From NCBI GenBank assembly GCA_037969075.1, contig JBBKWS010000155.1, forward strand, positions 1 through 35,429: DNA of 35,429 nucleotides, in the 5' to 3' direction. The stretch is from Bdellovibrionales bacterium (GTDB taxonomy: Bacteria > Bdellovibrionota > Bdellovibrionia > Bdellovibrionales > UBA840). The first letter of the stretch is position 1. Every line of letters starts with the position of its first letter. The notes under the pieces are model-generated. The model saw only the letters and a list, made by a program, of their open reading frames with translations. It ran no database searches and was not told the origin of the DNA. Shown here piece after piece: positions 1 through 8,547 of the stretch. The translations under genes were made by a program, and so were the position numbers.

Positions 1-69
1 GACTGGGTCATTAAAGCTAAAGACTCTTTGTCCCATGCAGAGAATATGGTGAAGGAACTACTAAAATAA
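1..69 (+). CDS. 3' end of an upstream gene truncated by the window (possibly the kinase's partner)
   Basis: Frame 1 open from base 1: DWVIKAKDSLSHAENMVKELLK*, TAA at 67-69, 4 nt before the kinase ATG. Confidence 0.55.
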   Translation, partial: DWVIKAKDSLSHAENMVKELLK

Positions 70-73
70 TCAT

Positions 74-1252
74 ATGAATACAGATTTATTTGCTCGCTTA
101 ACATTAGAGTATACTTTAGCTGGAATGATCTTCTTTAAGCCCAGCAGCTTAACCATATTGTTTATTAATAATGAAGCTAAAGAATATATAAATAATGATC
201 CTGGCCTTAAATTTGAAGGCTTACCATTATCCCATGTAATTCCGTCAGCTGATAGCACAACTGTATTTCAACAAGAATCGTATCTTGGAGAACTAGTAAT
301 GCGACGATACGACGGCGTTGAAATACCTATTATGGCTTCAGTACGAACCGTTACTGCTGAAAATGAAAAAATTGGTATTCTAAGTTTTCAGGACATTTCT
401 AGACAAAAAAAGATGATGCGCGAACTAACAAATAAACACGAAGGTCTAAGAGACATCTTAAATGAACTAACAAAAAAGAATGATGAGTTACAAAAACTAG
501 ACAAAGCAAAAGATAAGTTTCTATCATTAGTCACCCACGAACTTCGCACACCTCTAAATACTATTGTTGTAGCAAGCGAAATGCTGTTTCTTGAAATGTA
601 TGATAATAAAGAAGAGCTCACTGACTTAATTAAAAATCTGTACCAACAAAGCCAGCATATGATGGAACTAGTAAATGACATTTTAGATATGACAAAGCTT
701 CAATCTGGAAAAACCGAGTTTTACATATCCCAAGGTGAGCCAGTAAAAATCATTGAAGAGCAAGTTTTAGTTTTCTCAGATATGGCTGAAGAAAATAACA
801 TCACATTAAGCACAAACTTTTTATCAAAAGACTGTCTATGTTATTTTGATGAAGTAAGGTTAAAACAAATTTTAGCTAATTTAATTAGTAATGCTATAAA
901 ATTTAATAGACCCGCAGGTAAGGTAATTGTTGGACTAGAAGAAAAAGAAAAGTATGTATGGATATCAATAACCGATACTGGTATCGGTATCCCCAATGAA
1001 AAGTTAGGTGCGATCTTTAATGAATTTGAAACCATTGAGGACATTGCAAATCATCACAAAGGCACAGGTCTGGGACTACCTATAGTAAAATCTTTGATAG
1101 AAGGATTGGGCGGCGAAGTGAGTCTAACAAGTACACTTGGAGTAGGCACAACCTTCTTTTTAAAAATACCGCAGGATCGAATTTTAGATGAAGTTAAATA
1201 TCGATCTAGACAATCTGAATCGGAAGGATTTACATTATTTAGTGAAGATTAA
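74..1252 (+). CDS. Cytoplasmic sensor histidine kinase (PAS-like + HisKA + HATPase_c)
   Basis: H-box THELRTPL, N-box QILANLISNAIKF, G1 DTGIGI, G2 GTGLGL; PAS-like C-terminal motif RRYDGVEIPI...QDIS; no transmembrane segment. Confidence 0.93.
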   Translation: MNTDLFARLTLEYTLAGMIFFKPSSLTILFINNEAKEYINNDPGLKFEGLPLSHVIPSADSTTVFQQESYLGELVMRRYDGVEIPIMASVRTVTAENEKIGILSFQDISRQKKMMRELTNKHEGLRDILNELTKKNDELQKLDKAKDKFLSLVTHELRTPLNTIVVASEMLFLEMYDNKEELTDLIKNLYQQSQHMMELVNDILDMTKLQSGKTEFYISQGEPVKIIEEQVLVFSDMAEENNITLSTNFLSKDCLCYFDEVRLKQILANLISNAIKFNRPAGKVIVGLEEKEKYVWISITDTGIGIPNEKLGAIFNEFETIEDIANHHKGTGLGLPIVKSLIEGLGGEVSLTSTLGVGTTFFLKIPQDRILDEVKYRSRQSESEGFTLFSED

Positions 1253-1292
1253 TAGTATTTATATATATGAAGTGCTATTTACAAAAGATCAC

Positions 1293-1643
1293 CTAAAGCT
1301 CAACCCTCTCAAGCTGAATCTTTCCATTAATAGGATAGGAAAGCAGTAGCTCAACGTCTAGTTCATGCTCTAATAAGGTGTTCTGTAGGCTTAGAAGCTT
1401 TTCAAGCTGTAAACTGCTAAATAACTGCTCTGGTCTAGACGATTTCACCTCTATCAAAGATAAAACTCCCGCAGCGCTTAGACTGACAATATCTACTTCA
1501 ATAAATATAGTGCGTAACCTATGGAACAGTATTTGATGATTAATCTCTTGTAGATGTTTTATTACTGCGACTTCTTGAGTAAGACCTTTTTGATGTAACT
1601 TAGATAAACTCTTTGACGCCTGCAAACGTTTTTCTATGTTCAT
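1293..1643 (-). CDS. yraN: YraN family (UPF0102) PD-(D/E)XK nuclease
   Basis: KG..E..V..HL, EVDIV and LIEVKS motifs; downstream of rnhB as is common; start moved to ATG at 1643 (116 aa, typical size). Confidence 0.75.
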   Translation of the reverse strand: MNIEKRLQASKSLSKLHQKGLTQEVAVIKHLQEINHQILFHRLRTIFIEVDIVSLSAAGVLSLIEVKSSRPEQLFSSLQLEKLLSLQNTLLEHELDVELLLSYPINGKIQLERVEL

Positions 1644-2214
1644 CCAAAGGCCCCCATTTTTTAATGGCATCTCTGTGAAGCTTAGTAGCGTACGCTTTAT
1701 GTCGCTCAAATCCATACTCTGGGTGTTTTTTTGCCAACTCATAAATATAGTGATCTCTTTCTACTTTAGCCAAAATAGATGCCGCAGATATTGGAGAAGC
1801 TCTTAAATCCCCTTTTACTAGGGTGGTCTGTTCAAAAGCTAGCATATTAGGAATAGTCTTATTACCATCAACTAATAGGTGGCCATGAGTTAAACCTAAA
1901 TTCTCAACCGCCCGTTTCATCGCAAGCATAGAGGCTTGAAAAATATTAATATTTTCAATTTCCTCAACTGTTGCATAACCAATGCCATACTTTGCGGTAG
2001 ATTTAATAATAGCTGCCAATTTTTCTCGACGAGGTTCGGACAGTAATTTAGAGTCCGTATATATTGTATTATCCTGATTAGCATCCAAAATTACAGCGGC
2101 AGCATAAACTCGCCCAGCCAAGCATCCACGCCCAGCTTCATCAACACCAATCACTGTGCCCTTTAAATTTTCCCAGGGAAACTTTTCCCAAATTCTTTTT
2201 ATCGACTCACCCAT
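1600..2214 (-). CDS. rnhB: Ribonuclease HII
   Basis: GVDEAGRG, DSK, VDGN, KGD, AASILAKVERD motifs; start ATG 2214 preceded by GGAG. Confidence 0.96.
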   Translation of the reverse strand: MGESIKRIWEKFPWENLKGTVIGVDEAGRGCLAGRVYAAAVILDANQDNTIYTDSKLLSEPRREKLAAIIKSTAKYGIGYATVEEIENINIFQASMLAMKRAVENLGLTHGHLLVDGNKTIPNMLAFEQTTLVKGDLRASPISAASILAKVERDHYIYELAKKHPEYGFERHKAYATKLHRDAIKKWGPLDEHRKTFAGVKEFI

Positions 2215-2216
2215 AC

Positions 2217-3056
2217 TTACTCCAGATGTGTAATGATCCAACGCCTACAGTTCCAGATCTCTGGGAAGGCTCTTTTTTCTAGTGTAGATGTCAAATATTG
2301 CACACCCTGAGAACCGCCAGTACCTCTTGTGATACCAATGATTCTCTCAACCATCTGTACGTGACGAAAACGCCAAATAGATAATTTTTGATCCATATCC
2401 AGCAGCAGCTCTAAAATTTCATAAACTTCTTTGTACTTTTTAGGATCCATGTAGACTTTAGCAAATTCTTTTTCAATTGCTTCCACTGCTGGCCTAATCA
2501 CTTTAACTACAGCTGGAACTTTTAAATCTAAACCATTTTTACTGAAAAACTCTAGTATGTTATCGTATACCGATGGTTGATCTAATAAGTTCTCTAGAAA
2601 AGTTTTAGTTTCTGCATCATTATCATAGTACTTTAAATAATTTTCATTCTTTAATCCCAAGCGAAATTCAAGAGCTCTGAATTGATGCGATTGAAAGCCT
2701 GACGCCGGATTTAATTTAGACCTAAAGTAATTAAACTCGTTAGGTGTCATTGTTTCTAAAATGGTGATTTGCTGATTAAGCACATCTTGAATTCTTAAAA
2801 TTCTTCGTAGTATTTTGATGACAATCATGGCTTCAGAATTTTTTAATGCCAATTCTAGAGCTGTCAGCTCATGAAGTATCTGTTTAAACCAAAGCTCATA
2901 TACTTGATGAATAATGATAAACAAAGTTTCATCGTGCTGATCACTTTTAAGACTTTGTAAACTCAATAGCTCTTTAACACGTAAATAACTGTCATATGTT
3001 AGATCTGAGTCTTTTAAGTCTTTTACACCTAATGATTTAAAATCCATAAAAAACAT
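2217..3056 (-). CDS. kynA: Tryptophan 2,3-dioxygenase
   Basis: HDETLFIIIHQVYELWFKQ, ASGFQSHQFR, WRFRH..MVERIIG..GTGGS motifs; start 3056 or 3047. Confidence 0.95.
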   Translation of the reverse strand: MFFMDFKSLGVKDLKDSDLTYDSYLRVKELLSLQSLKSDQHDETLFIIIHQVYELWFKQILHELTALELALKNSEAMIVIKILRRILRIQDVLNQQITILETMTPNEFNYFRSKLNPASGFQSHQFRALEFRLGLKNENYLKYYDNDAETKTFLENLLDQPSVYDNILEFFSKNGLDLKVPAVVKVIRPAVEAIEKEFAKVYMDPKKYKEVYEILELLLDMDQKLSIWRFRHVQMVERIIGITRGTGGSQGVQYLTSTLEKRAFPEIWNCRRWIITHLE

Positions 3057-3105
3057 ACTTCCACAGACTTGGAGTTTTTTCTACTAGTCAGTTGATGTTG
3101 CAGTG

Positions 3106-3471
3106 TTACTTGGAGCGCCCCCTGCTCTTTCTTTCAACAATCTCTGCGCCTGCTACACTTAGGTTCGTCCATGGAATAGCTAGAAGCCTGTCTTGCTCTA
3201 TAACTTCCTCTGTCTCTAAACATAGGCCATAAGCTCCCGTTTCAATTCTCGCAAGCGCCTCATCGATTTTTTTAAGCTTGCCACTCAGTGAACTTGAGTG
3301 GCTCATATTCACTGATTCCATCTGTAAGAACTGTACTTCTCCGGCTTGGTCATCTTTTTGGTGCCATTTTAAGGCATTATTTAAAACCGACAAGTGTTGC
3401 AAAGTTTCTTCGCGATGTTGAATCAACATTTGTCTGCACTCTTTTAAAAATTCTGAATCTTGAATGAACAT
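3106..3471 (-). CDS. DksA/TraR family transcription factor, single-Cys type
   Basis: KIDEALARIETGAYGLCLETEEVI...RLLAIPWT; probable start ATG 3471 after a GGGGGG RBS. Confidence 0.85.
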   Translation of the reverse strand: MFIQDSEFLKECRQMLIQHREETLQHLSVLNNALKWHQKDDQAGEVQFLQMESVNMSHSSSLSGKLKKIDEALARIETGAYGLCLETEEVIEQDRLLAIPWTNLSVAGAEIVERKSRGRSK

Positions 3472-3668
3472 TTTTCCCCCCGGAGTCATACTCATTAGTA
3501 AAAATTTTTCTCACAGATAATGAATATTAATGAAAGTAGCAAGATCTAAATTCTTAAATTCATTAGCCTTTTTGCCTATTCAAAGAACAGCTTATGTTAG
3601 CCATCAAAACAAATCTTACAGACATCTCGTGTATTATTTAAGACTATGCATCTACCTGTGGGGGGTAT

Positions 3669-5051
3669 GTGGGGACAATCTATCTTATATTACTATTAGT
3701 GAGCTTTAGCCATTTCAGTTTTGCTAATTCTACTGAAGCTTTATTGAGAAGTGAACTTCGAGCACATCCAAGTTTGCACTCAATCGAGTCAGAACTTTTT
3801 AGTTTTTTAGAAGATATTAAAAATCCAAACTACCAATTAAACTCAAGCTTTACTTTAACAAATCGTCAGGAAAATGAATTTGAGACTGTTTATTTCTTAG
3901 AAAGAAAAACAGCTGCTTTTCACTGGATCATTGATACTCCCTCACTTACCGGAGGAAACTGTGGCCTGACTCACCTGCAACTTATTGGCGCCACAAACAA
4001 AATTCATTATGCGACTATTTATTTAAAAGATCAGTGCCAAGCCATTGGCTTATCTTATACAAAAAATGGGCTTATTCACCACGTTGACCTTGAAGCCGAG
4101 TCAATTGAAGTCGTGGATCCTAATCCACCCGTAGTCTTGACTACTCTTTCTATCAATTTTACTGACGAAGATTTCTCAAATGATCTTACATCTAAGGTAC
4201 CAGAAGTACGAGTTTGCGTAGTTGATAATGGTTTCAATCTGTCCCACGCAGGACTTCAAGGTAGAATTGCAAGAAACCAAAACGGAGAAATGCTAACACT
4301 TGATTTAACAGATGAGGATAATAATACCTTTAGTGAATCGCCACACGGAACACATGTTGCGGGCATTGCATCCAAAAATAGCCAAAAAATAAAAATTGTA
4401 GGAGTAAAATTAACTACAAGTGATAATCTTAGATTAGGCAATGTATGGCGTACGGATCTAGATACGCACGACAATGTACTAAACGAATTAAAGCAGGCTT
4501 TGAAGTTTTGCCGTGATAACAACGCTTCTATTGTCAATCTCAGTCTCACCTACGCTGAGTCGGATGAGAATGATATTGATGAGGTAGAAAAACAGAAGAA
4601 TCTAATTTGGAAAGAAGAGTACAAGGCAATTTTAAATTTGTATCCTGACTTACTATTTACTGTTGCGGCTGGTAATAGTGGAAAAAATATAGACTCTAAT
4701 ACTATATTCCCCGCAGGTCTTGATTTACCCAACCTGATTACGGTCGGTGCTTATGACAACTTTACTGACGGTATCTGGTTTGATGAAGAGGAGCATGGTT
4801 CTAATTATAGTGCCAGTAAAGTGGATATCTTAGCTCCAGGTGTGCTTATCAACTCATTTTCTTTTGACAACGGATTTGATTCTTATAGCGGTACATCGAT
4901 GGCGTCTCCATATGTTGCAAATCGCCTAGCCATTATAAAGTTACAGCAGCCGAATTTATCCAATCAAGACTTAAAAGAAGCTTTACTTAAAATGGCTACA
5001 AGTAAAGATTCATTAAAATTAAAAGTGAGAAACGGGCACATCTTAGAATAA
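3669..5051 (+). CDS. Secreted S8 subtilisin-family serine protease with unrecognised N-terminal domain
   Basis: Signal-peptide-like N-terminus; triad VVDNG, HGTHVAG, GTSMASP; oxyanion AAGN. Confidence 0.92.
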   Translation: MGTIYLILLLVSFSHFSFANSTEALLRSELRAHPSLHSIESELFSFLEDIKNPNYQLNSSFTLTNRQENEFETVYFLERKTAAFHWIIDTPSLTGGNCGLTHLQLIGATNKIHYATIYLKDQCQAIGLSYTKNGLIHHVDLEAESIEVVDPNPPVVLTTLSINFTDEDFSNDLTSKVPEVRVCVVDNGFNLSHAGLQGRIARNQNGEMLTLDLTDEDNNTFSESPHGTHVAGIASKNSQKIKIVGVKLTTSDNLRLGNVWRTDLDTHDNVLNELKQALKFCRDNNASIVNLSLTYAESDENDIDEVEKQKNLIWKEEYKAILNLYPDLLFTVAAGNSGKNIDSNTIFPAGLDLPNLITVGAYDNFTDGIWFDEEEHGSNYSASKVDILAPGVLINSFSFDNGFDSYSGTSMASPYVANRLAIIKLQQPNLSNQDLKEALLKMATSKDSLKLKVRNGHILE

Positions 5052-5182
5052 GCATTGTCCCTGGCCTAGCCGTAAATACAGTCCTTTCAATTCCCGTCTA
5101 GACGTAAAGCCAACCTTCTATTCAAAATGGGAGGCTAAAGACTTGCGGCGGACTCTTGCAATCGTAAATTCCTAAGTAATTA

Positions 5183-5210
5183 TAAAGTTTTACTGTCAAT
5201 ACGCCGATTT
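5183..5210 (+). promoter_or_regulatory. Putative sigma28 (FliA) promoter
   Basis: TAAAGTTT-N12-GCCGATTT versus consensus TAAAGTTT-N11-GCCGATAA, 20 nt before the EAL gene ATG. Confidence 0.7.
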
Positions 5211-5230
5211 TAAATCACGGAAAGAACATT

Positions 5231-6424
5231 ATGCAATGGAATCAAAAATCTTTTAAAAAAGGTGAGATCATTTTCTCAGAAGGTGATGTGGGAAGCTCTG
5301 CCTACATCATTGATAGAGGGCGTGTTGAGATTTTTGTAGATAAAAAAAATGGTAAGAATATAATTTCTACTTTGCAAAAAGGCGAAATATTTGGAGAAAT
5401 GGCAATCATCGATGGTTCCAACCGTTCTGCATCAGCAATGGCAGCTGAAGATACAGAGCTTGTCCTAATTTCAAAAGATCAACTAATTGAAAGAATCAAA
5501 CTGGCAGATCCCACAGTAAGTTTTTTAGTAACAATATTACTAAACAGGGTTAGAAATAGCTTAAAGAATCTCAGCAAATTAAAAGGTGACTCTAATCAAA
5601 CCTCTGCCCAAATTGAAGCAAGTAAAGACAATGAAGTTGCATTTATTGAAAAAATGAAATTTGAGAATGAGCTTTTATGCGCATTAAAAGATGATCAATT
5701 CACAATGTACTTACAGCCTATTGTCGCTATTCAAGATGAAAGTATTGTCGGATTCGAATCTCTGATCAGGTGGAACAGTCCCACCAGAGGATTTGTTCGC
5801 CCTGATTTATTTATGGGTGTTGCAGAAGAAACTTCATTAATTATCCCACTTGGGCAATGGGTATTAAAGCGTACACTAAGAGAATTTGGAAAAGTCTTAA
5901 AGGAAGTGGGCAACACTCCCCTATTTGTTAGTATCAATGTCTCTGGAAAACAATTAGATGACCCTGAGTTTTTTAACGTGTTAGAGGCCGCCTTGAAACT
6001 AGAAGGTGTTAAAGCCAAACAAGTTAAGCTAGAAGTTACTGAAAGTATTCTTGTTGAGGGTGATATCGTTGTCAATTGGCTTACTGAGTGTAGAAAACGC
6101 GGCTTAACAGTAGCTTTAGATGATTTTGGTACTGGTTACTCGAGTCTTAGTTATTTATGTAAACTACAATTTGATAACATCAAGATAGATAAATCCTTTA
6201 TACACTCTATATCGGATGAAAAATCATATATGATTGTAAAAGCAATTATCGATATGGCCAAAGGCTTAAAGGTGCCAATTATAGCCGAAGGCATTGAAAC
6301 TAAAGAGCAGTACCAAGCACTTAGATTTTTAGGCTGTGATTTTGGACAAGGCTATTTATACTCAAAACCAGTGTCTGTTGACGACGCTATCATTTTACTC
6401 AAGAACTATAAAAAATCTGCATAG
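5231..6424 (+). CDS. cNMP-binding + EAL domain c-di-GMP phosphodiesterase
   Basis: cNMP FGEMAI...RSASA; EAL motifs ESLIRW, SINVS, LEVTES, DDFGTGYSSL, KIDKSF, AEGIE, QGY. Confidence 0.93.
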   Translation: MQWNQKSFKKGEIIFSEGDVGSSAYIIDRGRVEIFVDKKNGKNIISTLQKGEIFGEMAIIDGSNRSASAMAAEDTELVLISKDQLIERIKLADPTVSFLVTILLNRVRNSLKNLSKLKGDSNQTSAQIEASKDNEVAFIEKMKFENELLCALKDDQFTMYLQPIVAIQDESIVGFESLIRWNSPTRGFVRPDLFMGVAEETSLIIPLGQWVLKRTLREFGKVLKEVGNTPLFVSINVSGKQLDDPEFFNVLEAALKLEGVKAKQVKLEVTESILVEGDIVVNWLTECRKRGLTVALDDFGTGYSSLSYLCKLQFDNIKIDKSFIHSISDEKSYMIVKAIIDMAKGLKVPIIAEGIETKEQYQALRFLGCDFGQGYLYSKPVSVDDAIILLKNYKKSA

Positions 6425-6618
6425 TCTTGGGAACATTTTGACCCCACTACGTAATAAAACTTACTAACTACGAAAAATTTATACAGTAACCGCCAAGGAA
6501 ATAACTTCTTATTACACACACTTATAAAAAATTCTTATCGCTGTGTAAATAATTTAAAATTTGTAAGTGATCCTCAAACTTAGTAAAACCTATTGTGGGA
6601 ACGGTCTGGGGGGATCAT

Positions 6619-8505
6619 TTGAAAAAAATCAGCACTTTATTAATTGCACTGATATTTGTAGGATGCGCACGACAAAGCGACGACTTGCTTTCACTACGTG
6701 AAAAAAGTGAAGGTATCATTATTAAATCATCAGATGAGTCGATAGCTAAAATCGAGGCTTCTTACGGCATAGAAGCCGAAACAATTAATAAAGATGCTGG
6801 TTTGTTTTTAATAAAAGGCATTAGCCAAGACGAAATAAAAGACTTAGACTTAGATACAAAGACTTTTCCAAACACTTTTGTAAATGCACCACGTACATTG
6901 CCTTATCCAAAAATAATAGCTAATACAATTAAAGCCTTAGTCCCTGATACTGACGCTCCTAAGTCTGAAGCACCTGCAATCATGTGTGACCATACAGGGG
7001 ACAAAGCCCCATTAGCGGTGATTACAGCAAATAAAAATGTGCAAGCGGTATTAGATATAGAGACTAACATTGAGTTACATAGTGCAAAAAGCCTAAGTAA
7101 TTTAGCCGTTAAAATACTTAGACAGACAAATGATATTGTTAAGATCACCGAAGAGAAGATAAAAGAAAATATTAAAAATGCTACCTGCAATCCCAGTGCG
7201 CCAGTGCCTAACTGTATCCCCGCCAACAAAGCTGCCCAAATCAGTAGTATGGCTTTGACTATTGCTCTCCGAGATAGTTTGAAAAATGGAACTTTACAGC
7301 TCCGTTCTGAAAATTTAAAAGTAATGTGGTTTTTAGAAGATTCTGTGGGCCAAGTGCAAAGATTCTCAACTCAGGATATCAGCTTCAAACCAAATCGTGT
7401 AGGTCAATATACAGCACATCTTTTAATTGTAGATCCATCATCTGGAGGATGTGGCCTAGAGAGTATGCCGGTTAATATTACTGCTAATAAAAAACTATCT
7501 GCCACCCCTACCTCTATCAGAAAACTAAAAGAAGGGGCCGGCGAGAGATTTGTGCAACTAAGAAAAACGGGCAACATTGAGGCTAGAAAACAAAGCACAG
7601 GAAAAGAAGTGATCGTCGCAGTTATCGATACGGGAGTGAATTACAACCACCAGTCCATTCGACCAAACATAGCTATTAATGCACTAGAGATCCCTGACAA
7701 CGGTATTGATGATGATAATAACGGTTTAGTAGACGATGCCTACGGCTATGACTTTACTAACTCTGATCCTTACGCATTTGATGATAATAGGCATGGAACT
7801 CATGTCGCTGGCATAATCGCTGGAACTGATATTGGCTTAGCACCTGACGCAAAAATTTTACCGATTAAAGTTTTACCTGGTTCCATGGCTACAATTCTAA
7901 AGGGAATGAGCTATGCCATCAAAATGAAAGCTTCAGTAGTAAACATGTCTCTACGTGGCTACTCTAGAGATCCACGTGAGTTGATGCTGATGGCGATACA
8001 AAACCCGTTCGAAGAAGTAATTAAATCTGGTATTGCTGCAAAAACATTATTTGTCTTGGCTGCCGGAAACGAAACAATAAATAATGATAGCGCACCAATT
8101 TGGCCTGCAAAAAGCCGTCAGACAAATGCTATTACTGTTGCTGCCATTAGTGAAAGTGACACGTTAACTGATTACTCTAACTATGGAGTAATTGAGGTTG
8201 ATATCGCAGCCTACGGCGGAACAGAACTTAGTCCAATTTATTCAGCAAATCTGCATGAGGATTTAGGAAGCTATGTGGGTCTTTCAGGGACTTCCATGGC
8301 GGCCCCTGTGGTTGCAGGAATTACTGCTCAAATTAAACAGCTACTTCCAAACTCTACTGCTGAAGAAGTTATAGAAATCATTCGTAGATCTTCTGTGCAA
8401 AATGATAGCTTAAAAGAAAAGATCAGCTTTGCATCTCAAGTAAGCTCTATCAATGCAGTTAACTTCGCACTTGAAATACAAAATGGATCGGTACGACTTC
8501 CGTAA
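6619..8505 (+). CDS. Lipoprotein S8 subtilisin-family protease
   Basis: TTG start after GGGGGG RBS gives MKKISTLLIALIFVG-C lipobox; triad VIDTG, HGTHVAG, GTSMAAP; Ca-binding DNGIDDDNNGLVDD loop. Confidence 0.92.
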   Translation: MKKISTLLIALIFVGCARQSDDLLSLREKSEGIIIKSSDESIAKIEASYGIEAETINKDAGLFLIKGISQDEIKDLDLDTKTFPNTFVNAPRTLPYPKIIANTIKALVPDTDAPKSEAPAIMCDHTGDKAPLAVITANKNVQAVLDIETNIELHSAKSLSNLAVKILRQTNDIVKITEEKIKENIKNATCNPSAPVPNCIPANKAAQISSMALTIALRDSLKNGTLQLRSENLKVMWFLEDSVGQVQRFSTQDISFKPNRVGQYTAHLLIVDPSSGGCGLESMPVNITANKKLSATPTSIRKLKEGAGERFVQLRKTGNIEARKQSTGKEVIVAVIDTGVNYNHQSIRPNIAINALEIPDNGIDDDNNGLVDDAYGYDFTNSDPYAFDDNRHGTHVAGIIAGTDIGLAPDAKILPIKVLPGSMATILKGMSYAIKMKASVVNMSLRGYSRDPRELMLMAIQNPFEEVIKSGIAAKTLFVLAAGNETINNDSAPIWPAKSRQTNAITVAAISESDTLTDYSNYGVIEVDIAAYGGTELSPIYSANLHEDLGSYVGLSGTSMAAPVVAGITAQIKQLLPNSTAEEVIEIIRRSSVQNDSLKEKISFASQVSSINAVNFALEIQNGSVRLP

Positions 8506-8510
8506 TGTAC

Positions 8511-8540
8511 TTGCATGAAATAGGCGTCATAACTTACACT
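8511..8540 (+). promoter_or_regulatory. sigma70-type promoter, probably leaderless
   Basis: TTGCAT-N18-TACACT, 7 nt before ATG 8548, no SD. Confidence 0.55.
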
Positions 8541-8547
8541 TATAAGT

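Noticed and set aside
5060..5145. c-di-GMP-I riboswitch before the EAL gene (GACGTAAAGCC)
   Set aside because: Lacks the GGCAAAC/GAAA-tetraloop stem and lies upstream of the predicted FliA start site
8532..8547. ACTTACACTTATAAGT dyad as a LexA box at the antiporter promoter
   Set aside because: Spacer differs from the lexA-promoter dyad and the sequence is largely explained by the -10 element in AT-rich DNA
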